The position numbers and the translations under genes were made by a program. A stretch of 64,000 nucleotides of DNA. Origin: Oceanispirochaeta sp. GTDB taxonomy: Bacteria > Spirochaetota > Spirochaetia > DSM-2461. Location: positions 1,952,001-2,016,000 of the forward strand of contig CAXXOA010000002.1 of NCBI GenBank assembly GCA_963666275.2. Reading direction: 5' to 3'. The notes beneath the pieces were generated by a model. That model was not told where the DNA came from. It saw only the letters and a list, made by a program, of their open reading frames with translations, and did no database searches. Shown here one piece after another: positions 29,476 through 39,484 of this stretch (position 1 is the stretch's first letter; the number at the start of each line of letters is the position of its first letter).

Positions 29476-30486
29476 ATGGAAATAATTAGAGAATTTATCT
29501 TTGGCGGATTTCCCTGCCGGGCCGCCCTGTATAATAAAAGCGAGATCCTTCCCGAAGACACGGATCTTCTGGTGGGAGATAGGAATACTCTGTCTCTTAT
29601 TACAACACATGATAACCTTGAAATCGTTACACTTTCTCCCGGAGAAAAAGAAAAACAGTGGCCTGCGGTAGAATCAATCCTCAAAAAGGCCATGGAAAAG
29701 GGTATGGCCAGGGATTCACTGATCACAGGTATCGGCGGCGGAGTCGTTACCGACATGACAGCTTTTGCCTCCAGTCTCTATATGAGGGGCTGCCGGCTCA
29801 TCCTCATTCCCACAACACTCCTTGCCATGGTGGATGCCGCCCTGGGCGGGAAAACGGGAATCGATGCGGGTGTCTATAAAAATATGATCGGAAGTTTCTA
29901 TCCCGCTGCCGAAGTCAGAATCTGCCCGGAATTTCTCCAGTCTCTTTCAGACCGAGAATTTCTGAACGGTCTGGCCGAGGTTATCAAAACAGCCATCATC
30001 GGAGATCCGGAGCTTCTGGTTCTTATGCAGGAGAAAAAAGAGGAAATCCTGAAACGGGATCCTCAAATCCTGGGCCGGCTTATCCGGAGCTGTATCCTCG
30101 TGAAGGGAGCTCTGGTGGAAGAAGATCTCAGGGAAAAAGGCCGACGGGCCCTTTTGAACCTGGGGCACACTTTCGGACATGCTCTGGAAGCGGTCACCGA
30201 TTTCGAATGGTCCCACGGCGCCGGTGTCGCCTGGGGAATGGGCAAAGCCCTGGATGCCTCAGTAAAACTGGGCCTGGCCGATTCCGCCTGGGCCTCGGAG
30301 ATGAAAAACATGATGCTGGATTACGGTTTCGCCCTGGAAGCCTTTGCCGATAAAGAAGCGATTCTGAAAGCCATGACAATGGATAAAAAGAAAAAAGCGG
30401 GAAAACTCAGGTATATTCTGCCTGTGGCTCCCGGCGACGTTCGGATAAAAACCCTGGACGAGGAGTTTGTCCGTTCCGTCCTGTAG
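29476..30486 (+). CDS. aroB: 3-dehydroquinate synthase
   Basis: GGGVVTD, PTTLLAMVDAALGGKTG, LNLGHTFGHALE and DKK. Confidence 0.96.
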   Translation: MEIIREFIFGGFPCRAALYNKSEILPEDTDLLVGDRNTLSLITTHDNLEIVTLSPGEKEKQWPAVESILKKAMEKGMARDSLITGIGGGVVTDMTAFASSLYMRGCRLILIPTTLLAMVDAALGGKTGIDAGVYKNMIGSFYPAAEVRICPEFLQSLSDREFLNGLAEVIKTAIIGDPELLVLMQEKKEEILKRDPQILGRLIRSCILVKGALVEEDLREKGRRALLNLGHTFGHALEAVTDFEWSHGAGVAWGMGKALDASVKLGLADSAWASEMKNMMLDYGFALEAFADKEAILKAMTMDKKKKAGKLRYILPVAPGDVRIKTLDEEFVRSVL

Positions 30487-30580
30487 GGGCAGACCGTTTA
30501 AAAAGGAAGAGTGGGAAACGCTGGAGTCGAGAAAGCGGTAAGTGCTGTTTCGTTAAGTAAACGTAAACGTGACAGGTCAA

Positions 30581-30608
30581 GTATGGGCGATTCATGAATC
30601 GCCTATAC
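30581..30608. repeat. REP-like palindrome GTATGGGCGATTCATGAATCGCCTATAC
   Basis: Near-perfect palindrome resembling GTAG-class REPs. Confidence 0.75.
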
Positions 30609-30696
30609 ACCTAAGCGCAGGTACCGTAAATCCCAGAACTTACCTACTAGTCAGACATTGCTTTCTCTTACTGATACCCGCAGGTTCCTGTAAACT

Positions 30697-30740
30697 TTCT
30701 CCCCTCTCCTTGTGGGAGAGGGGCCGGGGGTGAGGGTCGG
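30697..30740 (+). repeat. Repeat family B, empty (no insert)
   Basis: TTCTCCCCTCTCCTTGTGGGAGAGGGGCCGGGGGTGAGGGTCGG, next to the hrpA stop codon. Confidence 0.85.
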
Positions 30741-30742
30741 TT

Positions 30743-33229
30743 CTAATAACTGATATACGAATCGACCCGTCTGTAGGCTTTATTAATCTTTTCCCAGGAT
30801 TCGGCGGCTATCTCCTGGGATACATCGTCTGCCAGTACTTCCAACGAAGCAAGTGAGTCGTTCACAGCCCTGGTGAATTTGCCCATGGACCGGAACCAGT
30901 AGTGGCCTTCGTCATCGCACTGAAGGGCTATGAATCCAAAGGACTGTTTTTTTCTTTTTCCCGCCCCGGCAATCTTCAATACCATATCCATATGATCCGC
31001 CAGCTCTTTAAGGTGCTGGGGATTTTCTGAATGATAGGTCTTTCCGGGGATACCCTGGATGATATCCTTTTTGGGATTGATGCTCGTTATGACTTTAAAA
31101 ATGAGATCAATCTGGAGGCCCGATACAATCTCCTGGCCTTCCCAGTGAAGGATTCCCTTCATCCCGCTGTAGTCAGGCCACTGTTCGGGAGCCATCTGTT
31201 TCAGCTCCTTCCAGGCGCTGTTCCACTCTATAAGAGCCATTTTTTTCTTTTTCCCTTTGCCCTTGGCGGGGGTAATGACAGGAAATCGGGTTCTGCCAAT
31301 GCTGATTTCCTGGGAGGTATCCCGCTTCTTTTTCTCTTTGTGGCCCTTGATCTGAGGTTCCAGTTTCAGGGCTAGAGATTCGGATGTACGGCTTACAAGG
31401 GCTCTTGTCAGGGGAGATACAGAGCGGGCATAGGTCTGGCTGGTTCTGACGATCTCTCCCGCCACAATGTAGGGAGGGCTTTCGCGGAACATGGTTGATC
31501 CCGGATGAATCAGTATCCTGTCAGCGGTAAGGCTCTGGTAGGATCCCCGGCCCGAACGGATGCAGACAAACTGGATCAGTCCCCGGGCACAGGAGCAGAG
31601 GTAATCGTCCAGGGGGCCACCATGCTGAACAGGTATTCCCATCTCTCTGACAATATCTTCCAGCTGTTCCTGAATATTCACAAGCTCCAGCATGGTCCTC
31701 TCTTCCAGATAGTAGCGCTTGCAGAAACCGGTTTTGTCTCCCGATTTCAGGAACCCGTCGAAGAGTTTCAGATAGGCTACGAAGTCTCCCCGTTTATCCC
31801 TGAAATAGTGATGGGCCTTCCGGGCTTCCATCTCTTCTCCCTGGGGCAGCAGGTAGGGGGAGTTGGTCGACAGGAATGAGGCGGCAATCAGGGTCTCCCT
31901 CAGAACTTCCGGATATTGCATGATCGATTCGGTTATCATCCTGGCAAGGCGGGGCATCAGAGGGAAGGGGGTCATCATCTTTCCCGTCGAGGTCAGACGG
32001 TTTTCACTGTCCAGTGCATCAAGGAGCTGTAGGGTCTCCACAGCTCCCAGGATTCCTTTCCGTCCCGGAGGAGATATGAAATCGAAGCTCTGGAAGTCCC
32101 GAATCTCCAGTTCAGCCATACGGAGAACCACTTCGGCCAGGTCTGTCCGATAGATCTCCTCTTTGGTGAAGAGGGGACGGGCTGTAAAGGAATCTTTCGG
32201 ATAGAGTCTGTAGCAGGTTCCCGGCTGGGTTCTTCCGGCCCGGCCCCGCCTCTGGTTGGCCGAAGCCTGGGAAATTTCAGTTTCTATCAGAGAAGAGGTA
32301 TAGCTTTTGGGATTGTAGAAGTTCAGTTTGGCCAGCCCCGAGTCGATGACAGTGGTTATGCCGTCGATGGTGACCGATGTTTCCGCAATATTGGTGGAAA
32401 CCACCACCTTGGTCTTTCCGAAGGGGGTTTTGATAAAGATCCGTTCCTGTTCTTCCTTGCTCAGCCTTCCGTAAAGGGGAAGGATATAGAGCTTCTTTTT
32501 CACCGGAGAGAGATTCAGTGCGGCGATGGTGTCTTTGATGATTTTCTCGCCCGAAAGGAAAATCAGTACATCCCCTTTGCGTCTTTCGGTTATGACCCGT
32601 TCCACTATCTGTGTGATCTTCTCGACCAGCCTGTCCGGCTCGGCCATGACAGAAGGAGGATCGTAGATCATAGTTACAGGGTAGACCGGGGTATCAATGG
32701 AAACGATGGGCGCTTTGTCGAAGTATTCGGAAAAGACAGCCGCATTGATCGTTGCGGAAGAGATAATCACTTTAAAGTCTGATCTTTCCGCCAGGATCCC
32801 TTTCAGAAGGCCCAGGATAAAATCGATATTCAGACTCCGTTCATGGGCTTCATCCACCATGATCACCTGATACTGCAGCAGCATCGGGTCTGTTTTCAGT
32901 TCCTGCAGGAGGGTTCCGTCTGTCATGATCTTCAGATGGGTTTCAGGGAGTGTCATATCCTCAAACCGCATCTTGTAACCTACCATCCCGGGTATCTTTG
33001 AGCCGATCTGTTTGGCAATGTAGTCGCAGACAGACAGGGTGGCAATCCTCCGGGGCTGGGTGACCCCGACCATCCCCCGGGCGGTATAGCCCGCCTCATG
33101 GAGTATCAGGGGGATCTGGGTTGTTTTTCCCGATCCCGTGGGACTTTCGACAATAATGACCTGGTTCTCTTCCAGGCTCTTCAGTATTCGGTCTTTCTCT
33201 TTGTAGACCGGTAGGTTACGTGGATTCAA
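30743..33229 (-). CDS. hrpA: ATP-dependent DEAH-box RNA helicase HrpA
   Basis: PTGSGKTTQ, TQPRR, DEAHER, SAT, STNIAETSVTIDG and QRRGRAGR. Confidence 0.93.
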   Translation of the reverse strand: MNPRNLPVYKEKDRILKSLEENQVIIVESPTGSGKTTQIPLILHEAGYTARGMVGVTQPRRIATLSVCDYIAKQIGSKIPGMVGYKMRFEDMTLPETHLKIMTDGTLLQELKTDPMLLQYQVIMVDEAHERSLNIDFILGLLKGILAERSDFKVIISSATINAAVFSEYFDKAPIVSIDTPVYPVTMIYDPPSVMAEPDRLVEKITQIVERVITERRKGDVLIFLSGEKIIKDTIAALNLSPVKKKLYILPLYGRLSKEEQERIFIKTPFGKTKVVVSTNIAETSVTIDGITTVIDSGLAKLNFYNPKSYTSSLIETEISQASANQRRGRAGRTQPGTCYRLYPKDSFTARPLFTKEEIYRTDLAEVVLRMAELEIRDFQSFDFISPPGRKGILGAVETLQLLDALDSENRLTSTGKMMTPFPLMPRLARMITESIMQYPEVLRETLIAASFLSTNSPYLLPQGEEMEARKAHHYFRDKRGDFVAYLKLFDGFLKSGDKTGFCKRYYLEERTMLELVNIQEQLEDIVREMGIPVQHGGPLDDYLCSCARGLIQFVCIRSGRGSYQSLTADRILIHPGSTMFRESPPYIVAGEIVRTSQTYARSVSPLTRALVSRTSESLALKLEPQIKGHKEKKKRDTSQEISIGRTRFPVITPAKGKGKKKKMALIEWNSAWKELKQMAPEQWPDYSGMKGILHWEGQEIVSGLQIDLIFKVITSINPKKDIIQGIPGKTYHSENPQHLKELADHMDMVLKIAGAGKRKKQSFGFIALQCDDEGHYWFRSMGKFTRAVNDSLASLEVLADDVSQEIAAESWEKINKAYRRVDSYISY

Positions 33230-34534
33230 TTACAGTAGTTCTCCTGCCTTTTTCAAGGCGTCCTCAAGGGATAAACCTTCATAGTTTTCCCTTTGTGTCA
33301 TATCCTTCAGATTGACAGTATTGGCTGCTTTTTCATTGCTGCCGCAGATTACTGCCAGAGGGATGCTTTTGGCTTCGGCGAATTTGAATTGAGGGCCGAA
33401 TTTTCTGGTTTCGTGATAAACTTCGCAGCAGAACCCGGCTTTGCGGAAGCTGTCCGCCAGGCTGTGGTAGTGTCCGATCAGATTTTCGTCCAGGTTCATG
33501 ATCATAACCTGGGTTTTGCTGGAACGGGCGGCGGTCCGGCCCAGTTCTTCCAGTCCCGCCATCAGCCTGTCCAGTCCGATGGAAGAACCCACTCCGGGAA
33601 GGGACTCTTTTGTGTAGAGTTCCGCCAGGTTGTTGTATCTTCCTCCCGAACAGACCGAACCGATTTCCGGAAGGTCATTCAGAAAGGTTTCATACACAAT
33701 CCCCGTGTAGTAGTCCAGTCCTCTTGTTATGGAGGGGTTCAGGACAAAACCGTCCTGGAGTCCCAGTTCTTCAATATAGCCGTAAATGGTCCGGAGCCGC
33801 TCAGTATCCTCTCCGGGGCCGCCGGCCAGTTTTTCCAGTTTTTCCAGGGTCGGGAGGAATCCTTCCTCTTTCTGGATAAAATCCAGGATTTTTTCCGCTT
33901 TTTCCTGATCAGAGAGCTCGGTAAGCTGACGGATCACCTCTTCCCGGCCGATTTTGGCCAGTTTATCGACGGTTCTGAGGATTTCCACATTCTGTTCACT
34001 GATCCCCATATGATCCAGAAACCGGTTGAAAATCCCTCTGTGACTCAGGTGGATCGTGCAGCCCGGAACATCCAGTGCCGTCAGAGAGCTGCGCATCATC
34101 ATGAGGATTTCAAAGTCTGCCGAAGCGCAGTCAGTTCCCACAATATCAAAATCGCACTGGGTAAACTCCCGGTACCGGCCTCTCTGGGTATTCTCTCCCC
34201 GCCAGACTTTGTTGATATGGTAACGCTTGAAGGGCAGATAGAGATCCTGTCTGTTCTTGGCCATAAACCGGGCAAATGGGATGGTCAGATCAAAACGCAG
34301 GGATACATCCCGTTTGCCGTTGTCTTCAAAGCGGTACATCTGCTTGTCTGTCTCGCCGCTCCCTTTTCCAAGAAGCACTTCCGAGTACTCCAGGGCGGGG
34401 GTATCAATGGGAACAAATCCATAGCTTTCAAAATTGTCTTCCAGCAGACGGATCACTCTTTTTCTCTCTATTTCTACAGCCGGGAGAAAGTCCCGGAATC
34501 CTTTTAAAACTTTTGGTTCTATAATCTTGCTCAT
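33230..34534 (-). CDS. hisS: Histidine--tRNA ligase
   Basis: KGFRDFLP, LRFDLT, GRYREFTQCDFD, RGLDYYTG and GGRY. Confidence 0.97.
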   Translation of the reverse strand: MSKIIEPKVLKGFRDFLPAVEIERKRVIRLLEDNFESYGFVPIDTPALEYSEVLLGKGSGETDKQMYRFEDNGKRDVSLRFDLTIPFARFMAKNRQDLYLPFKRYHINKVWRGENTQRGRYREFTQCDFDIVGTDCASADFEILMMMRSSLTALDVPGCTIHLSHRGIFNRFLDHMGISEQNVEILRTVDKLAKIGREEVIRQLTELSDQEKAEKILDFIQKEEGFLPTLEKLEKLAGGPGEDTERLRTIYGYIEELGLQDGFVLNPSITRGLDYYTGIVYETFLNDLPEIGSVCSGGRYNNLAELYTKESLPGVGSSIGLDRLMAGLEELGRTAARSSKTQVMIMNLDENLIGHYHSLADSFRKAGFCCEVYHETRKFGPQFKFAEAKSIPLAVICGSNEKAANTVNLKDMTQRENYEGLSLEDALKKAGELL

Positions 34535-34704
34535 ACTCCGTATTCTGACGGTTCACACGTATAAAATCAAGTAGAGGCTTCTGGTCCGGGGCTTCTGTCC
34601 TTCCGGGGAGGAGGCATCGGTATAAACTCCCCGAAAAGGCTGAAAATTGGACCAGGTGGGTGTATAATAAGAGGATAAGCACCAACATTTCAGGAGGTGA
34701 CTTT

Positions 34705-35592
34705 ATGAAAAAACTGTTTCTCTTTTCAGTTTCCATTCTTATCTTTTTGCTTTCCTGTTCCATGGGCAGCGACACAGGCTCTCTGACTCTGAACCTAACG
34801 GATGCTCCGGTCCGGCAGGATGGCCTGGAAAGCGTCTTTATTACCTTTACACAGATCGATGCCAACCTGCCCGGATCCGGCGGTTGGCAGACTCTGGCGT
34901 CTTTTGAAGATGAAAACGACGGCCACGGAAGGACTGTGGATCTTATGACTTTGACAGAGGGGAAGACTATTCCTCTGGCAGAAGACGTGGAACTCCCTTC
35001 AGGGCGAGTTAATCAGATCCGGTTTGCTCTCAATGCTCCCGAGGAGGGGGGAGACGGATCAAATCCCGGCTGTTACCTTCTTTACAGCGACGGGACAAAA
35101 GTGCCTCTGTACATTCCCAGCGGTACCAGCACCGGTTTTAAAGCTGTCAATTCCTTTACAGTACCCGTGAACGGTGATGTGACTGTCACGGCGGATTTTG
35201 ACGCCCGGAAATCCCTGGTGGACAGCGGAGATGTTGTCAAACTGAGGCCTACTATCCGTTTGATTGTGGATGATGAAGCGGGTAGGATCAACGGGACAGT
35301 GACCACAGACGGAACCTATGGGAATTACACTGTATTTGCCTATGAAGAGGGGGATTACGATGCTTCGGAAGTCTCTCCCGATGCCGATGGTATTCGCTTT
35401 GCCGGTTCTGTTGCCAGTTCCCTTGTGAATGATGAGGGTTCCTATGTCCTTGCCTTTCTGGCTGAGGGCAGCTATGACCTGATTGTGGCGGGAAATGATG
35501 ATGGATCAGATCCGGTGTATGTGGATGCCGTGTATTCTGTTGCGGTTGAGTCGGGTAAAGGCACTCATCAGGACATAGATACGACAGATTGA
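34705..35592 (+). CDS. DUF4382-domain lipoprotein
   Basis: AGGAGG RBS, lipobox LLSC, LTDAP and DFDARKS motifs. Confidence 0.85.
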   Translation: MKKLFLFSVSILIFLLSCSMGSDTGSLTLNLTDAPVRQDGLESVFITFTQIDANLPGSGGWQTLASFEDENDGHGRTVDLMTLTEGKTIPLAEDVELPSGRVNQIRFALNAPEEGGDGSNPGCYLLYSDGTKVPLYIPSGTSTGFKAVNSFTVPVNGDVTVTADFDARKSLVDSGDVVKLRPTIRLIVDDEAGRINGTVTTDGTYGNYTVFAYEEGDYDASEVSPDADGIRFAGSVASSLVNDEGSYVLAFLAEGSYDLIVAGNDDGSDPVYVDAVYSVAVESGKGTHQDIDTTD

Positions 35593-35596
35593 TAAT

Positions 35597-35625
35597 AAAA
35601 AAGGGGCGCTTTGGGCGTCCCTTTT
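35597..35625. terminator. Bidirectional intrinsic terminator
   Basis: AAAAAAGGGGCGC-TTTGG-GCGTCCCTTTT between convergent genes. Confidence 0.75.
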
Positions 35626-35641
35626 CAATTTGATAACCAGT

Positions 35642-36025
35642 CTATTCCAGCTTCCCTTTCCAGCCGGATATTCCTCCGAAATCCCTCAGGTTGGTAAATC
35701 CCGCCTTTTCAAGGGTTTTGTAGGCCGTGGAGGATCTGTTGCCGCTCCGGCAGTAGACAATAATCAGGGCATCTTTTTCTACATTTTCCATGCCCGAGGG
35801 GAGCCTGTCGTAGGGGATCAGCTGAGCCGTGGGAATATGCCCGGACTGAAACTCTCCGCTGGTTCTTACATCCAGCAGGATATAATCTTCACCGCTCTCC
35901 ATCAGCTCAGAGAGTTCATCGTAACTTATCCGGGAAGAGGCGCTTAAGGGAAGAATCCCCGAAACAAACAGTACAACAACAAGCGCCACCGCATAAGGTA
36001 AGAATTTTTTAAGATTCTGATTCAT
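35642..36025 (-). CDS. Rhodanese-like domain protein with N-terminal anchor/signal
   Basis: LDVRT..EF..GHIP, active-site loop CRSGNRS and GGI..W. Confidence 0.9.
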   Translation of the reverse strand: MNQNLKKFLPYAVALVVVLFVSGILPLSASSRISYDELSELMESGEDYILLDVRTSGEFQSGHIPTAQLIPYDRLPSGMENVEKDALIIVYCRSGNRSSTAYKTLEKAGFTNLRDFGGISGWKGKLE

Positions 36026-36132
36026 ATATAATCTCCTTGTAAACCAAAAGGGTCTTTTGCTGAAAAAAAACTATATTAAAAAGATAATATATAAAAGTCA
36101 GGATATCAAGAGATTTCAAAAGGCCATAAAAA

Positions 36133-36172
36133 GGGCCTGCAGGGGACGCAGTTCTGCGTCCCTTACAGGCCC
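36133..36172. repeat. Solo REP family D within an extended hairpin
   Basis: GGGCCTGCAGGGGACGCAGTTCTGCGTCCCTTACAGGCCC; core matches the 23888 array. Confidence 0.8.
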
Positions 36173-36231
36173 GTGAATCAATTTAAATAACAGATTGTAT
36201 AAACGAATACAATCATTATGAAACTGACCTA

Positions 36232-37428
36232 TCAGAAAATCCGGGATTTATCCTGTTTCAGAAGGTTCATCAGTGTTTCAGAGGGGTTCCGGAACTTGCT
36301 GAGATAGATCATGGCTGCGATGATGTAGGGTTTGTAGCTGGCTTCCTTGTAGAGGGGAACCCGGTAGCGGTCGAACACGCTGGCTGCCACTTCACCCTGC
36401 TTGCAGCTGACTCCTGTAATATCCGCCGGGAGGCAGTGCATATAGAGGGCCTCGCCGTTTTTGGTTGTTTTCATAAGGTCTTCTGTACATTCCCAGTCTT
36501 TGTGGTTGCCGTTCTGTTTCAGAAGCTCCTGTTCCAGAGATTTGATTCCGTCGAAATCTCCCTCTCCGTAGAGGTTGGTTCTTTTTTCCATGGCACTGAA
36601 GGGCGCCCAGCTCTTGGGATAAACAATGTCAGCGTCTTTGAAGGCTTCCGCCATGGAGTTTGTTTTAACAAAGGTTCCTCCGCTGGCTTCTGCGTTTCTT
36701 CTGGCGATCTCTTCCACTTCGGGCATTACTTCGTAACCTTCGGGATGGGCCAGTGATACTTCCATGCCGAACCGGCTCATGAGGCCGATGATACCCTGGG
36801 GAACAGACAGGGGTTTTCCGTAGGAGGGGGAGTAGGCCCAGGTCATGGCGATTTTCTTTCCTCTCAGGTTCTCTACACCGCCGAAATGGTTGATCAGATG
36901 AAGAGCATCAGCCATGGACTGGGTGGGATGGTCAATGTCGCACTGCAGGTTAACCAGGGTGGGGCGCTGTTCCAGTACTCCGTCCCTGTAGCCTTCCTCT
37001 ACGGATTTTGCCACTTCCTGCATGTAGGTATGGCCTTTTCCGATATACATATCGTCACGGATACCGATAACATCAGCCATAAAACTGACCATGTTGGCGG
37101 TTTCCCGTACGGTTTCACCATGGGCTATCTGGCTCTTGCCTTCGTCCAGGTCCTGAACTTCCAGTCCCAGAAGGTTACAGGCGCTGGCGTAGCTGAAACG
37201 GGTTCTGGTGGAATTGTCCCTGAAAAGGGATATTCCCAGTCCGCTGTCAAAAACTTTTGAGGAGATATTGCTTTCGCGCATGCCCCTCAGTATTTCCGCT
37301 ACTTCGTAGACAGCGGCAATTTCATCATCAGATTTATCCCAGGTCAGGAAAAAATCATTGAGGAACATCTTTTCTGTCCTCAGACAGGCCAGATCCTTAA
37401 TTCTCTCTTCAATTCCAATTCTATCCAT
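36232..37428 (-). CDS. ygeW: Knotted carbamoyltransferase YgeW
   Basis: FRDNSTRTRFS, HGETVRETANM, HPTQ, WAYSPSYGKPLSVPQG and HCLPAD. Confidence 0.95.
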   Translation of the reverse strand: MDRIGIEERIKDLACLRTEKMFLNDFFLTWDKSDDEIAAVYEVAEILRGMRESNISSKVFDSGLGISLFRDNSTRTRFSYASACNLLGLEVQDLDEGKSQIAHGETVRETANMVSFMADVIGIRDDMYIGKGHTYMQEVAKSVEEGYRDGVLEQRPTLVNLQCDIDHPTQSMADALHLINHFGGVENLRGKKIAMTWAYSPSYGKPLSVPQGIIGLMSRFGMEVSLAHPEGYEVMPEVEEIARRNAEASGGTFVKTNSMAEAFKDADIVYPKSWAPFSAMEKRTNLYGEGDFDGIKSLEQELLKQNGNHKDWECTEDLMKTTKNGEALYMHCLPADITGVSCKQGEVAASVFDRYRVPLYKEASYKPYIIAAMIYLSKFRNPSETLMNLLKQDKSRIF

Positions 37429-37545
37429 AATGGTTGCTCCTTGTAAAACTTTCTTATCAGGGTCTTGTTACGACCGTTCCGGGAGAAGCCCCTTCGGGTC
37501 CGCCCGTTTTAATTCTATTATATTTCCAGAAAAAAATAGCCTTAT

Positions 37546-37678
37546 AATGCTACGCATCTCCCGAATTTATCAGGTGTCTGAATAAGATTCGGGGCCCAAT
37601 GCTACGCATCTCCCGAATTTATCAGGCGTCTGACTAAGATTCGGGGCCCAATGCTACGCATCTCCCGATTTTATCAGG
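37546..37678. repeat. Tandem array, 52-bp unit x2.5
   Basis: Units at 37546, 37598 and 37650; two mismatches between the full units. Confidence 0.92.
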
Positions 37679-38625
37679 ATATGGGTGCCGCTTCCGTTGA
37701 CTACGGCGTCTCTGATGTTGTCGGGGCTGGTTATAATGACCTCTTTTCCGCTGTTCTTCAGAAAATTCACCGCCGCCTCAATCTTGGGCGCCATACTTCC
37801 CGGAGCGAAATGACCCTCTTCCAGGTATTGCTCCGCTTCGGCCATGGAAATCCGGTTCAGCTCTTTCTGATCGGGTTTTCCGAAGTTCAGGCAGACACTT
37901 TTCACTCCTGTGGAAATGATAAAAACATCTGCATTCAGCTGTCCCGCCATAAGACTGGAAGCCCTGTCCTTGTCGATCACCGCATCGATACCGTTGAGAG
38001 TTCCATCCTCCTCTTCGATGACGGGAATTCCCCCGCCTCCTGCGGAAATAACACAGAACCGGGCTTGGAGAAGGGCTTTGACAGCATCCAGTTCAATGAT
38101 CTCCTGGGGCATCGGTGAGGCTACCATCCGGCGGTATCCCCGGCCCGAATCCTCGGTCATGTTCCACTCGGGGTGAGCTTCCTGAAGGAGCCTAGATTCA
38201 GCTTCGCTGTAGAACTGACCAATCGGTTTGGCCGGTTTTGAAAAGGCTTTATCCTGACGGTCCACCCGGATCTGGGTGACAACAGTCGCCGCTGTCATGG
38301 GAATTCCCCTTTTGCGGAATTCGTTGTCCAGGGCCTGCTGGATCTGGTAACCGATGGCACCCTGGGTATCGGCATCGCAGCTGACCAGAGGGACCGGATG
38401 CATATGAGCGACCTCTTCGGCAATTTCAGACCGTCTGAGGATAAACCCCACCTGAGGTCCGTTTCCATGGGTTACAACAACCTGCCATCCTGATTCAACA
38501 AGATCGGCAATATGCCTGGCGGTTTCACATACGGCCTGATACTGATCTTCCACACGCATGTGCTCGTTGTCTGATATGAGGGAGTTTCCCCCAACGGCAA
38601 TTACAGCTAGATTATCTCTATCCAT
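37654..38625 (-). CDS. arcC: Carbamate kinase
   Basis: AVGGNSL, THGNGPQVG, GGGGIPV, AVIDKD and GSMAPK. Confidence 0.95.
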   Translation of the reverse strand: MDRDNLAVIAVGGNSLISDNEHMRVEDQYQAVCETARHIADLVESGWQVVVTHGNGPQVGFILRRSEIAEEVAHMHPVPLVSCDADTQGAIGYQIQQALDNEFRKRGIPMTAATVVTQIRVDRQDKAFSKPAKPIGQFYSEAESRLLQEAHPEWNMTEDSGRGYRRMVASPMPQEIIELDAVKALLQARFCVISAGGGGIPVIEEEDGTLNGIDAVIDKDRASSLMAGQLNADVFIISTGVKSVCLNFGKPDQKELNRISMAEAEQYLEEGHFAPGSMAPKIEAAVNFLKNSGKEVIITSPDNIRDAVVNGSGTHILIKSGDA

Positions 38626-38776
38626 TTGTACCTCTTAATTAATAGATTATAGGTTTAATTCAAATTAATTTGCAAGCTTTATTAAAAAATTGTAAGAAAA
38701 CTCCCTGATTTTTTGGCAGAATGAAAAAAGTCTGATATACTCAATTGAGAATATGTTAAGAACAAGGAGATCGATT

Positions 38777-39406
38777 GTGGAAATTCCCAGTCATCTGGAA
38801 ACCTATATACCCTTAATTCAAGTCGTCGGAAAAACTCTGGGAGTCGGGGAAGTTCTCCTTTATGACTGGACTCAGGACCCCCCTGTCATCATTGCCAAAG
38901 AGGGCGGGATCACAGGGAGAAAACCGGGTACCCCTGCGACACAGCTGATGAGGGAAATGGTGGCGGAAATGCAGGAAGCCGGTGAAAACATGCGCATCAA
39001 CTATGAGTCGGCCACCAAATCGGGAAAGCCCCTGAAATCTTCAACCGTACTTATCTTCAATGAAACCGGTGAACTCCAGGGGGCTCTCAGCATCAACGTG
39101 GATATGAGCGCCATCAATATGCTGCAGCACTTTGTGGATCAGTTTTCGGGAATCGAGAGGGTGGAAGACTACGACGAAATGCCCCAGAACACCCAGGAAT
39201 TCCTGAATGTGATGATCCGGAAAAGCATTGAGTCAGTGGGAAAACCAGTGTGCTATTTTGATAAGAAAGACAATCTGGAAGTCGTCCAGTTTTTGAATCA
39301 GAACAATATTTTTTCCATTAAGGGGTCTACAGATACCCTGGCGGGGGAGCTGAATGTCTCCCGCTATACGATTTACAATTATATAGAAGAGGTGAAAAAC
39401 AGCTGA
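38777..39406 (+). CDS. YheO/DauR-like PAS-HTH transcriptional regulator
   Basis: ITGRKPG.P, KPLKSST, INVD and C-terminal VSRYTIYNY; GTG start after AGGAG. Confidence 0.88.
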   Translation: MEIPSHLETYIPLIQVVGKTLGVGEVLLYDWTQDPPVIIAKEGGITGRKPGTPATQLMREMVAEMQEAGENMRINYESATKSGKPLKSSTVLIFNETGELQGALSINVDMSAINMLQHFVDQFSGIERVEDYDEMPQNTQEFLNVMIRKSIESVGKPVCYFDKKDNLEVVQFLNQNNIFSIKGSTDTLAGELNVSRYTIYNYIEEVKNS

Positions 39407-39410
39407 TAAA

Positions 39411-39448
39411 GAACCGGCTTCAGAATTGTATATCTGAAGCCGGGGTTC
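39411..39448. terminator. Stem-loop after the regulator gene
   Basis: CCGGCTTCAGA...TCTGAAGCCGG. Confidence 0.6.
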
Positions 39449-39484
39449 TGTATTCAGTTAATTCATACTAGACCCTGAAGCTAT

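Noticed and set aside
33293..34507. 404-aa antisense ORF
   Set aside because: Shadow of hisS.
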